Shown here: in pieces, positions 1 to 10,564 of the stretch
How positions within the stretch are numbered: the first letter of the stretch is position 1
How the letters are laid out: every line of letters begins with the position of its first letter
Origin: Octopus sinensis
Taxonomy: Eukaryota
Direction of reading: 5' to 3'
Assembly (NCBI RefSeq): GCF_006345805.1
Contig: NC_043015.1
Coordinates: 43,958,001-44,022,000 of the forward strand
Length of the DNA: 64,000 nucleotides
Program-made: the position numbers and the translations under genes
The notes under the pieces: model-generated
The model's input: only the letters and a program-made list of their open reading frames with translations
Databases searched by the model: none
What the model was told of the DNA's origin: nothing

Positions 1-225
1 TTGTTATTACTATTTATTTTTATCTGTATCTATTTACTGACACCTCGGTGTTTAGATGTGAATCTGTTGTTGAACATATGCATATGTACGCGTGTGTATG
101 TGTGTGTGTGTGTGTTTCTGTGTGTGTGTACGTGTAAATATATGCGTGCGTATGTGTGTGGGTATATTTATATATCAGTCATGTAGGTTACCCAGTTTTT
201 AACCTGGCTTCCCCATTTCTCTCTC

Positions 226-378
226 TCTCTCCCTCTCTTTATATAATATATATATATGTGTGTGTGTGTGTGTTGTGTGTTATATATATATATATATAAT
301 TATATATATATATATGTATTATATATGTATACATACGTATATATATATATATATGTGTATACACATACACATACATGC

Positions 379-424
<46 letters not shown>

Positions 425-695
425 TATAATATAAATAATATATAAATATATGCATATATACATACATATATGTACATACCTACATATATATGTATATATA
501 CATGCTTATATGGGTACAAGACATCAAAAAAACGTTGAACATAATGAGAAACGAGAATTAAAGAATATTCCCCTTCATCAGTTGTCCCTGTTTCGTCTAC
601 TCCGAGTATATTCACACACCCGTCTTCGTCTTTTTGCAAATCCTCACTATATATATATGTATATGTATATGTGTATATATATATACATATATATA

Positions 696-739
<44 letters not shown>

Positions 740-827
740 TACATATATATATAATATATATACATATATATATAAATATATATGTATACATATATATATA
801 TATATATAGTATATACATAATATATAA

Positions 828-879
<52 letters not shown>

Positions 880-922
880 GTATGTATGTATGTATGTATA
901 CATATATGTATATATATATATA
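226..922. repeat. Compound (TA)n/(TG)n/(TATG)n microsatellite field interrupted by a short repeat fragment
   Basis: Long TA/TG dinucleotide runs visible directly; the I/Y-rich ORFs here are translations of them. Confidence 0.95.
501..606. mobile_element. Fragment of fold-back family c (Penelope-like?)
   Basis: catgcttatatgggtacaag...aatgagaaacgagaa...aagaatattccccttcatcagttgtccctgtttcgtctactcc matches the arms and spacer of 61981-62335, with an internal deletion. Confidence 0.7.
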
Positions 923-996
923 TAAGGTCTTTTTAATTGCCAATGCACGAAACTCTCGGACGTTGAGTCCCTCTTGCTTCTGCTAAATATTAATAA

Positions 997-1032
<36 letters not shown>

Positions 1033-1725
1033 ACATGCAGAAACATACACACAGCCACAAACATACATACATACATACATACAAGTGCGTGCATACGTGC
1101 GTGATTGGTTGCCTATATCCGCATATATCAAATTTCGAGTTTGCATGGACGTATAATAATTGTTATTAATCCAATGTATATGAATGTTCATAAAAGCATT
1201 ACGCATATCCCTATCCTTACCAATCTACGCGATTATATATTTATATACATCCGTATAGGTACGTTGCAGCTCTATGTGGAAATAAGGCTACGTGCGTTTC
1301 GTTGCGAAACTGCCAGTCTGATTGTGTATCGATTATAAATTAGCGAATTACTGTAAACAAGAAATAAAAATCTACTTATTAGTCTGGATGAAGCACAGAA
1401 CTGAGGCGTAATTGAAGATACAAATGTATATATGTGTCTATATATATGTGTGCGTGCATGTGTGTGTATGTACATATGCATATGTATATATGTATGTATA
1501 TATAAATATATATATATATATGTAAATATACTAAGCAATAAGGGTTTAGCAACGAGTTGCCTTACCACATACCGAATTTAGAAATAGCAGTCAATGAGGC
1601 TTTTACATGCCGAAGACTACTTGGTGTAATTGATAATTTTTCCAAATTAATTAATTTCACCCTTCATTATACGGATATATGTAATATATATATATATACA
1701 TAAATACATACATACATACACACAC

Positions 1726-1765
<40 letters not shown>

Positions 1766-1807
1766 TATATATATATACATATATTATATATATATATATA
1801 TATATAT

Positions 1808-1950
1808 AGGGAGAGTTTACGAAAAAAACAAAAGACGAAGACAGGTGGTGTACAAAACAAACAGATGTATTAGTATAACGCTCAGGAATAGAAAAAGTCA
1901 TTTACGTTTCGAGTCTACGTTCTTCTACAGAAAGGGACAAAGAAAAAAAA
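1808..1950 (-). mobile_element. Short dispersed repeat (possibly Penelope-like) between TA tracts
   Basis: gggagagtttacgaaaaaaacaaaagacgaagacaggtggtgtac is also present in reverse complement at ~31165-31205 and ~612-640; carries a degenerate hammerhead-like motif. Confidence 0.55.
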
Positions 1951-1984
1951 TATATAGATATATGTATATATACGTATATATATG

Positions 1985-2250
1985 ATACCTTAGATAACTT
2001 GGATATGTTTTGACCAAAGATTGGTCCAGGCCATGTCTAACTCAATGTCTAACTTAATAGCGCCACCTGATGGGATTAGCTAAATCCTTTTTAAGTCGAG
2101 TTTTGTTATAGCATGGTTCATTGGAGTAGGGAGTTCTTATTGAGTGAGTTTTATCCAGCGATAGGTGGCTTCTCTGGTATTCCTCGAAGAAATTTGACCA
2201 TATTCCGTTTAAAGGTGATGGGATCCTTTTCCTCTCTGATCTATTCGGGA
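1985..2250 (-). mobile_element. CR1-group LINE 3' end fragment
   Basis: Reverse complement aligns with 63740-64000 (gaggaaaaggatcccatc, ataccaga.aagccacc, ttagacatggcctggaccaatc). Confidence 0.85.
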
Positions 2251-2292
2251 AAAAATTGCGTAATTATGTGTTGTGATCCTGAATTTTGTAGG

Positions 2293-2343
<51 letters not shown>

Positions 2344-2389
2344 AATATATATATATATATATTATATATATATATATATTATAATATAT

Positions 2390-2427
<38 letters not shown>

Positions 2428-3244
2428 GCGAGATATCTATATATTATGGGGCTAAAAAACTACAGTAGCATCCACCCTTAGGGGTTAGCCATATTGAAAT
2501 GGCAAAAATACGTCACGATGTGTTACCGCTACTGTATATAACTCACTTTGATATTTATCATGAAACGAAAGATAGATCTATTTTTATGATTTGAGGTTGA
2601 TTCGGTTCTCTTGAGACAAATAAGCCAGTTGCATGCATGCGCACACAAACACACTCACACACATGCACACACAGCTGCCGAGATTCAATTTACCAAAGCA
2701 ACAATGTTATCAGGAAGTTTAGAATCTTGTACACTTAAGTTTAACTGACAGCTTTTGTTTTAAGATTTCATAAAAATTTACGTCATATTTCTTAGTAGCT
2801 GACGTCACATATTTGTTACAAGTGACGTCATATACTTATTCTCTTTTCTTTTGTTTTTTTTATTTTGTAGGTTTATCAAAATCAAAATTTTGTAGGTTTA
2901 TCAAAATCAAAATGAAAATCAATAATTGCAAATTCGAAACTTAGTTTAATTTCAGGAACAAGAAAACTTTATTTACTAAGAAACACTTTAAAAAGATGTA
3001 AACAAAAACATTTCAGCAACGTTACGAGATGGTAGGATCAGACGTGGCATGCAAATCCCCATATAACTTGTTATATTCCTCTCTTCAGTTTTATTTTGAC
3101 ATGCGCATTGCGTGTTCATGCCTGTCTTTTCCTACTCAAAACCGTTTACAGATAACAGCCATCTCACGAAACTGCGTTGTAAAAAAAAGAACAAAAAGGA
3201 AGAGCAGTGGAAGATGGAGGTGGAGGGATGATGCGCCACATATC

Positions 3245-3715
3245 CTAGAACAAGAGGGGCACGTTCAGCCGCGCTCTGCCGTAAAGATGCGATGGTGTTG
3301 CCGCGGAAAATGGCCAGCGACACTCGCTGTAGTAGCCATTCCGCCTCACGGGACTCATTTCTCCGACAGGCCACCGCTGTCCTTATTTTGCGGAGGAAAT
3401 CGGTTGTACAGGGCCCTAGAACATTTGACGTCTGGGCGGTGACCAACACAAACAGATGGCAGCCAGCCAGTCACCTGTACTTACCGATTGTTCTCTTCTC
3501 TGCATTACGAGGTTTGCAGGTGATGGAACCGGAGAACGTGTCGCTGCACGTCGGGTACCAGACTAGGGATCTGCCTCCCTCGAAAGGGAAGAGGGTTATC
3601 ACGTAGGGATGCTTACCGTATTCGCGGTCGAGACCTGCAGGGTGGAGTTGAGATGGGAAGCCAGCCGCGTCAAGGCCTCTTCAGGTTAGGCCATTCGGAG
3701 CGGCGTGTCGAGGAA
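3245..3715 (-). pseudogene. Decayed CRE-clade non-LTR retrotransposon, C-terminal restriction-like endonuclease region
   Basis: Minus-strand translation RHAAPNGLT*RGLDAAGFPSQLHPAGLDREYGKHPYVITLFPFEGGRSLVWYPTCSDTF...KYR*...LGP...EWLLQRVSLAIFRGN follows the CRE pattern RH..N..RAL..AG.PS.LEP.GL.R.DGKRPDG...L.WD.TC.DT...QRLS.A..RGN; it contains stops. Confidence 0.8.
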
Positions 3716-3869
3716 ATCGATTTATTGCAAGAACCACAGCGAATTCCATAAATTTGGCGAACGCAATTCCCAAAATTTGGTCTTAACTCCGAGTTGGGGT
3801 CATTTCACTTTCTTTTAAACCCTGAATTCTCTCGAAAGTAAAACAAAATGGGTCGCCTTTCATCATTTC

Positions 3870-4325
3870 GTTGTGTTTGTGCTTGTCTCCCACCACCACT
3901 TACCACCAGCATTTGTTTGTTTTCGTACCTGTAATTTAGCTGTTCATCAAAAGAGACTCATAGGATAGTACCTGACTTTAAAAATAAGTTCCGGGGCTGA
4001 TTTGTCTGACTAAACCTTTAAAGGGTGTGCCCCAATGTAGCCACAACCAAATGACCGAAGCAAGTAAAATGGTAAAAGATGAAGGAGGAGAGACGGGCGG
4101 ATAAAAAGTGGGGTGGGCAGTATTAAAAGGCCTTGCATTTAAGTACGTGACTTTAAAGATAAGTTCCGGGGTCGATTTGTCTGACTAAACCTTTCAAGGG
4201 TGTGTCCCAACGTGGCCACAATCAAATGACCGAAGCAAGTAAAATGCTAAAAGATGCACTCGTAGGAATGAGGAGAGATGGACAGATAAAATGTGGGGTG
4301 GGCAGTAATAAAAGGCTTTGCATTC
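3870..4325 (+). mobile_element. Old SINE-B 3' half with a ~175-bp tandem duplication of its tail plus flank
   Basis: aataagttccgggg...gatttgtctgactaaacc...caaatgaccgaagcaagtaaaa occurs at 3967-4140 and again at 4142-4325. Confidence 0.75.
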
Positions 4326-4930
4326 AAGCGATGTTCTCAGCAGAGATTACGAACAGGGAAATAATGAAATTGGGTTGTCACGGAACAGTAAACAACAACA
4401 AGAAGAATAACTCATTAGATAATCCAGACTAGAATAAAGAGATTCGTGACATGTCATATCGTCTGTGATCTATTCTACAAAAACCAGTGTCAAACGACGA
4501 CTTGTGGGCGCCCGAGCTTTCATACAGAGATTAAACTTTCGATTTTGAAGGTAACTTCACTCGGTAGTTTTATTGTCGCAAATAATATAGTTATATAAGA
4601 ACTACAAATATTCAAACAAATAAGTTCTATTTTATGTGTAGGATAAGTTGAAGCCACCGACCTGTAATCGGGAAAAGTTCTTGGCATTAATGGTATCGCG
4701 AAAAACTTGATTGGAAGCCCAGCCTTCCGAGTTCTTTTACAGGTCTTAGAAGGACTGCTGCAATAAGTGAGTGTAGCTGAGAGAGGGATATGTTGTATAA
4801 AATCATAATTAACTGATCCTCCTGCCTTTTCTTTTACCCAAATCAGGGGCTTTTCAGCACCCACTTAAATGTACGTTTCAGGGGAGACGAGTATTGGAGG
4901 ACACTTAATTATCAGTATATCATTCTCTTC

Positions 4931-5270
4931 AAACGCACGTGCCTCAGAGGTTAGAACGTCGGACACACAATCGTGAGGCCGTGAGTTCGATTCCTGGACC
5001 GGGCTGTGTGTTGTGCTCTTCAGCAAAGCCACTTTATTTCACCTTGCTCCAATTCACTCATCTGTAGAAATGAGTTGCAACGCCGCTGGTGTCAAGCTGT
5101 ATTGACTTTTATCTTTTCTTTGGATAACATCGGTAGCATGGTAGGGAAACTGATATTCATGGGCGTGTACTGGTCTTTAACAAACAACCATGACCGGATT
5201 GTGCCTCGGTGGGGAACTTTCTAGGTGCAATTCCATGGTCATTCATGACCGAAAGGGGCCACTACCTTTT
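4931..5270 (+). mobile_element. SINE family C (tRNA head, CORE-like middle)
   Basis: B box gagttcgattcc; homologous to 10092-10408 and 46735-47078. Confidence 0.9.
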
Positions 5271-5751
5271 ACTTTCTTCAAACCAATTAAAGGGTTTTTA
5301 TTTCTTCCAGTCTCCCTATAGCAGATAAAATGCTAAAGCAAGAAAATGAAAAGACATAAAGTCATTGTTGCTTTATATACAGAACACGGCGATTTAGAAA
5401 CTGCCAAATTATTAAATGTTGCAAGAACTTTTGTACACAAAATTCGGATGGAACTGGGAATCTCTGGTGAGAATGCTTCGAGGAGGAAGAAAGAAAAAGA
5501 AAAACTCTAAATGTTCGGACATTTTAAGTACACAGCAAATCCAACGGCTTCAAAGTAATATTCATGATGTTCCCGCAAAATCGATGAGGCCGTTGCCAAA
5601 GAACTCCAGGTGTCGGGGTGGACTATCAGAACTGTAATTCACGAGGACAATCAGTACAAATCGTGTGTACTGAGAAGAGGCTAATACTCTTAACTTTGAG
5701 AAACTCAGAGCAGACTAATCTTATCATGTAGAAAATGTGTGGTCGCGAGAA

Positions 5752-5753
5752 TA

Positions 5754-5801
<48 letters not shown>

Positions 5802-5848
5802 CATCATCATCATCATCATCATTATTATCATTATCATTATTAGTATTA

Positions 5849-5906
<58 letters not shown>

Positions 5907-5939
5907 CATCATTATTATTACTATCATCATCATCATCAG

Positions 5940-5978
<39 letters not shown>

Positions 5979-6111
5979 TATTATTATTATCATTATTATG
6001 ATTATTATTACTACTATTATTATTATTATATTATTACTATTATTATTATTACTATTACTATTATTATTATTATTATTATTATGATTATTATTATTATTAT
6101 TATTATCATCA

Positions 6112-6144
<33 letters not shown>

Positions 6145-6187
6145 TATTATTATTATTATCATCATATTATTACTATCATCATCATCA

Positions 6188-6220
<33 letters not shown>

Positions 6221-6284
6221 TATTATTATTATCATTATTATGATTATTAGTATTATTATTATTATAATTATCATTATTATTATT

Positions 6285-6372
<88 letters not shown>

Positions 6373-6446
6373 CTTTATTATTATTATTATCATTATTATT
6401 ATAATTATTATTATCATCATCATCATCATCATCGTCATCATCATCA

Positions 6447-6526
<80 letters not shown>

Positions 6527-6527
6527 T
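5752..6527. repeat. (ATT)n/(ATC)n/(ACT)n trinucleotide array
   Basis: Directly visible; source of the poly-I/L/M ORFs. Confidence 0.97.
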
Positions 6528-6677
6528 TCAAGTAATGGTTTTACTTTTGTGATTTATGTATCGCGGGTGCATGTGAATGAGCATGTATGTGTATGCGTAT
6601 ATTTGTGCGTGCTTCTACATGTGAATGTATATATCTGCGTTGCTGAGTGCTTATATGGCCTCGAGTGCATGAGTGCA

Positions 6678-6713
<36 letters not shown>

Positions 6714-7074
6714 TGTGTATGTGTGTGTGTGTGTGTGTATGCGTGCGAATGTGCGTGTGTATATGTATATGTGCATATGTGTCTGTGTGCGCATGTGTAT
6801 TAGTACAATTTCCGTGTGAATTATCTCATGGACATATCAAAATCAGTAAATCTCTCGTCTCAAAAGAAACACATATATTTACATCAAGGTCGCTCTAGAA
6901 ATATCGCCTTAACATTTAACAATTAAGGAGTGCGTGAGTGAAGATTGGGTTTCTATTCAAAGCCAAAATTTTCTTACTTCAATTTATACAATTTATTTAT
7001 TTATTGTGAAGGTGCGTAGCTTAGAGTTTGGGAAGATCCGGCTCATGGTCGCAAAATCCTGAGTTCGGTTTTTT

Positions 7075-7492
7075 TATTTCTTTGCTGCCCACAAGGCGAT
7101 ACACACAGAGGGGACAAACAAAGACAGGCAAACGGATTAAACCGATTACATCGACCCCAGTGCGTAACTGGTACTTATTTTATTGACCCCGAAAGGATGA
7201 AAGGCAAAGTCGACCTCGGCGGAATTTGAACTCAGAACGTAGCGGCAGACGAAATACCTATTTCTTTACCACCCACAAGAGGCTAAACACAGAGAGGACA
7301 AACAAGGACAGACAAATGGATTAAGCCGATTACATCGACGCCCAGTGCGTAACTGGTACTTATTTAATCGACCCCGAAAAGATGAAAGGCAAAGTCGACC
7401 TCGGCGGAATTTGAACACATAACGTAGCGGCAGACGAAATACCGCTGAGCGTTTCGCCCAGCGTGCTAACGATTCTGCCAGCTCGCCGCCTT
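7075..7492 (-). mobile_element. SINE family A, head + 2 body units
   Basis: Two tandem ~185-bp bodies joined at gaaatagg|tatttcgtctgcc; B box gagttcaaattcc; head ggcggcgagctggcagaatc. Confidence 0.93.
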
Positions 7493-7856
7493 AATAGTGA
7501 AACTATCTAACGCATTTATAAAGTTGAGAGTGCCATTCTTTAAGCATTTCGCCCGGCCTGCTAACGTTTCTGCCAGTTCGGTTTCTGGCGGGTGATTCCT
7601 GTATTTCTCGTTACTGCAGTCCACTCGGCTGACAAAAAAAGAGTTCTACCCGTAATTCAAAGGCTCAGTTTTGCCGCATTCTGTGCCACGTTAAATCTCC
7701 CTGAGAACTACGTTAAGGACACGCGTGTCTGTGAAATACTCAACCACATGCACTGGACGTTAATTCCACGTGCAGCCTGCTCCGTTAACCATATCAGCTA
7801 GAACCCTCATCGCCGTAACTGACGGAATGCCAGCTTTTTTTATTATTATTTATATT

Positions 7857-8151
7857 CAACAATCCCTCGATTATCGCGGGTGTTACGTTCCAAAACCTCC
7901 CGCGATAGGTGAAAATCCGCGAAATAGAAGCAGTACTGTACTGTATATATATATTATTATAATTTTTATAATTTGTATATATTTATTTTATTATAAAAGC
8001 AAAACAATGCCACGGAGGAGTCGGCGTAAGCTTAAATAATAAATCGCGATAGGTGAACCGCGATAAGTGAACCGCGATAAGTGAACCGCGATAAGTGAAC
8101 CGCGATAAGTGAACCGCGATAAGTGAACCGTGATATGGTGAGGGATTACTG
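7857..8151. mobile_element. Tc1/mariner (Tigger/pogo-like) MITE
   Basis: TIRs caacaatccctcg...tgagggattactg (consensus CAGTAATCCCTCG); right end followed by TA. Confidence 0.7.
8045..8128. repeat. 6 x 14-bp tandem repeat cgcgataagtgaac
   Basis: Units start at 8045, 8059, 8073, 8087, 8101 and 8115. Confidence 0.97.
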
Positions 8152-8235
8152 TATTTTCGATTATTCTACTATCAATTTCCGCTAGAAGTTGTAGCTGGAA
8201 CACCACCATTAGCGCTAATACTTGCTTATTTAAGA

Positions 8236-8383
8236 CTGAGTTCAAATTCCACTGAGGTCAACTTTACCTTTCATCTTTTCGGGGTCGATAAAATAAGTAC
8301 CAGTTGCGTACTGGGGTCGATCTAATCGACTGGCCCCCTTCCCAAAATATTTCGGGCCTTGTTCCTAGAGTAGAAAAGAATTA
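8236..8383 (+). mobile_element. SINE-A variant (A2 tail), 5'-truncated
   Basis: Shares gagttcaaattcc...tttcatc...ggggtcgataaaataagtaccag with family A but ends in ggccttgttcctagagtagaaaagaa, as does 15336-15479. Confidence 0.85.
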
Positions 8384-8419
8384 AAACTGGTGGGATAAAG
8401 TTGTGATGATAGTAAATAG

Positions 8420-9390
8420 GATCTAAAGTGATGGTTGTGATAGTTGTGGTGGTAGTTTTGTAGTGTAAACCGGTGGTGGTGTTGATGGTAATGGTGGTGA
8501 TTGTAATGGTGGTGGTAGTGTAGTGATGTGGTAGTATTGATGATGGTAGTATTGGTGGTGGTGGTGGGGATTGCGGTGGTAGTAATAGTAGAAGTAGTAG
8601 TGTTGGTCGTAGATGTGATGATAGTGGTGATGGTGATGGTGGTGGTGGTTGTAGTAGTGGTGGTGGTGGTGGTGTTGTGTAGTGGTGGTGTGGTGGTGGT
8701 GGTGGTGGTGGTAGTGGTTGTAGTGATGGTGGTGGTGGTGGTGGTGGTGGTGGTGATGGTTGTAGTGATGGTGGTGGTGGTGGTGGTGGTGGTGGTGGTG
8801 ATGGTGGTGGTTGTATTAGTGATTGTGGTGGTGGTGGTGGTGGTGGTGACGGTAATGGTGGTGATGGTTGTAGTGATGGTGGTGGTGATGGTGGTGTGGT
8901 GGTGGTGGTGGTGGTGGTGGTGGTGGTGATGGTGGTGGTTGTAGTAGTGATGGTGGTCGTGGTGGTCGTGGTAGTGGTGGTGGTAATAACGATGGTATGA
9001 AGCTCCATGATAGTTGAATGCCGAGTTGGTTTTTTAACGACACAAACGTAATTGGCGGAAGCGAGTGAAGAGCTTCAAACTTCTAGCACCTCTTTAATGG
9101 AGCCGTGTTAATTAATGAAGGGCGTGGCGGGGTTGGTGGGGATGGTGGCGGTGGCGGTGGTGGGAGACGAGGGCGGAGGTGCGGTGCTCGTGGTGGCGGT
9201 GGCGGCGGCGGTGGTGGATGTCGCGATGGCAGTCGCGATGGAAGTCGTAACGTTAATGACGATAAATGGCAAAGTTGGGTGGTAGTGGTAGCAGTGGTAG
9301 TAGTGGTAGTAGTGGTAGTAGTGGTGATGGTGGTGATGGTGGTGATGGTGGAAGGGGTAATCATGGTCGTCGTCGTCACCATCGTCGTCA
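8420..9390. repeat. (GGT)n/(GTA)n/(GAT)n arrays with a short unique island
   Basis: Directly visible; source of the poly-P/T/H/V ORFs. Confidence 0.92.
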
Positions 9391-9467
9391 TTTTAATGTA
9401 CAGTGTGACGGGAAGATGTCAGTGACTAAAAGTGGAGCTATACATATATATATATATATACGTACAT

Positions 9468-9633
9468 ATATACGACAGGCTTCTTTCAGTTTCCGTCAAC
9501 CAAATCCACTCACAAGGCATTGGTCGGCCCGGGGCTATAGCAGAAGACACTTGCCGAAGATGCCACGCAGTGAGACTGAACCCGAAACCATCTGGTTGGT
9601 TAGCAAGCTACTCACCACACAGCCATTCCTGCG

Positions 9634-9634
<1 letters not shown>
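9468..9634 (-). mobile_element. SINE family B, 5' half ending in its internal microsatellite
   Basis: Reverse complement of gcgcaggaatggctgtgtgg...gaaagaagcctgtcgta; matches 13802-13970. Confidence 0.9.
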
Positions 9635-9683
<49 letters not shown>

Positions 9684-9686
<3 letters not shown>

Positions 9687-9982
9687 CGTTTTGGGATTTG
9701 GTTTGCAAGATTCTTTATATGAGTTCGTGTGTTGAAGCATATTCTGTTGTGTCTGGGGAGAGTCATTTTCTTTTTGTGCCTTATAATGTAACACACTCAC
9801 CGGTAAAATTTCCACTTATTTCTTATTTTTATTTTCTAAAATTTTCGTTGCGTCTTGCAACCTTTTCAATAGTCTTGACGAAAATTTTAGAAAATAAAAA
9901 TAAGAAATAAGGGGAAATTTTACCGGTGCGTGTGTTAAATAATAAGGCACTAAAAGTGAATGACTCTCCCCAGACACAACAG
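9684..9982. mobile_element. Fold-back family b: ~61-bp leader + ~105-bp inverted arms with a 29-nt loop
   Basis: Arms at 9745-9848 and 9878-9982; leader and arm homologous to 55718-55942 and 23081-23245. Confidence 0.85.
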
Positions 9983-10091
9983 TATACATACATACATACA
10001 TACATAAGGGGCGAAGTGACTATACGTGCAATCCATGCATTACATGCCTTACTTATTTTCAGAATAAATAATTTTGTAAAATAAAATTAGC

Positions 10092-10408
10092 GAAGGCGCA
10101 TGGTTCAGTGGTTAGAGCATCGAACTCACAATCATGAGATAGTGAGTCCGATTCCCGGACCGGGCTGCGTGTTATCTTCTTGAGCAAGACACTTTATTTG
10201 ACGTTGCTCCAGTTCATTCAACTGTATAAATGAGTTGCGACGTCACTGGTGCAAAGCTGTATCGGCCTTTGCCTTTCCTTTAGGAAACTTCAGTGGCGTG
10301 AAGAGGGGAGGCTGGTCTTCCATAAACAACCTTGCTCGGACTTTTGCCTCAGAGGGTACATTTTTAGCTGCAATCCCTTGGTCATTCCTGACCGAAAGGA
10401 GTCTTTAC
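10092..10408 (+). mobile_element. SINE family C
   Basis: gaaggcgcatggttcagtggttagagc head; body as in 4931-5270. Confidence 0.9.
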
Positions 10409-10564
10409 TTTTTAATATGAAATTAATATTTATAATTTTCACCATCTTCGTTGTACTCGTGATATTTTTTTGTATTTTTCATACCTTCATTTCTTGCAAA
10501 CAATCAGTATTATTTAAGAAGTATCAGTAGAGAAAGCTCCTCTTTGCTTGGTTAGAAAAAGAAG

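Noticed and set aside
1891-1940. Hammerhead-like motif on minus (CTGTAGA...GAAACGTA)
   Set aside because: The core has U at the invariant A6 and stem II is mispaired; at most a dead relic.
4520-4864. 114-aa minus ORF and an exon-like + segment 4642-4766 (tag|...|gtgagt)
   Set aside because: No recognisable domain; the AG-GT segment has stops in all three frames.
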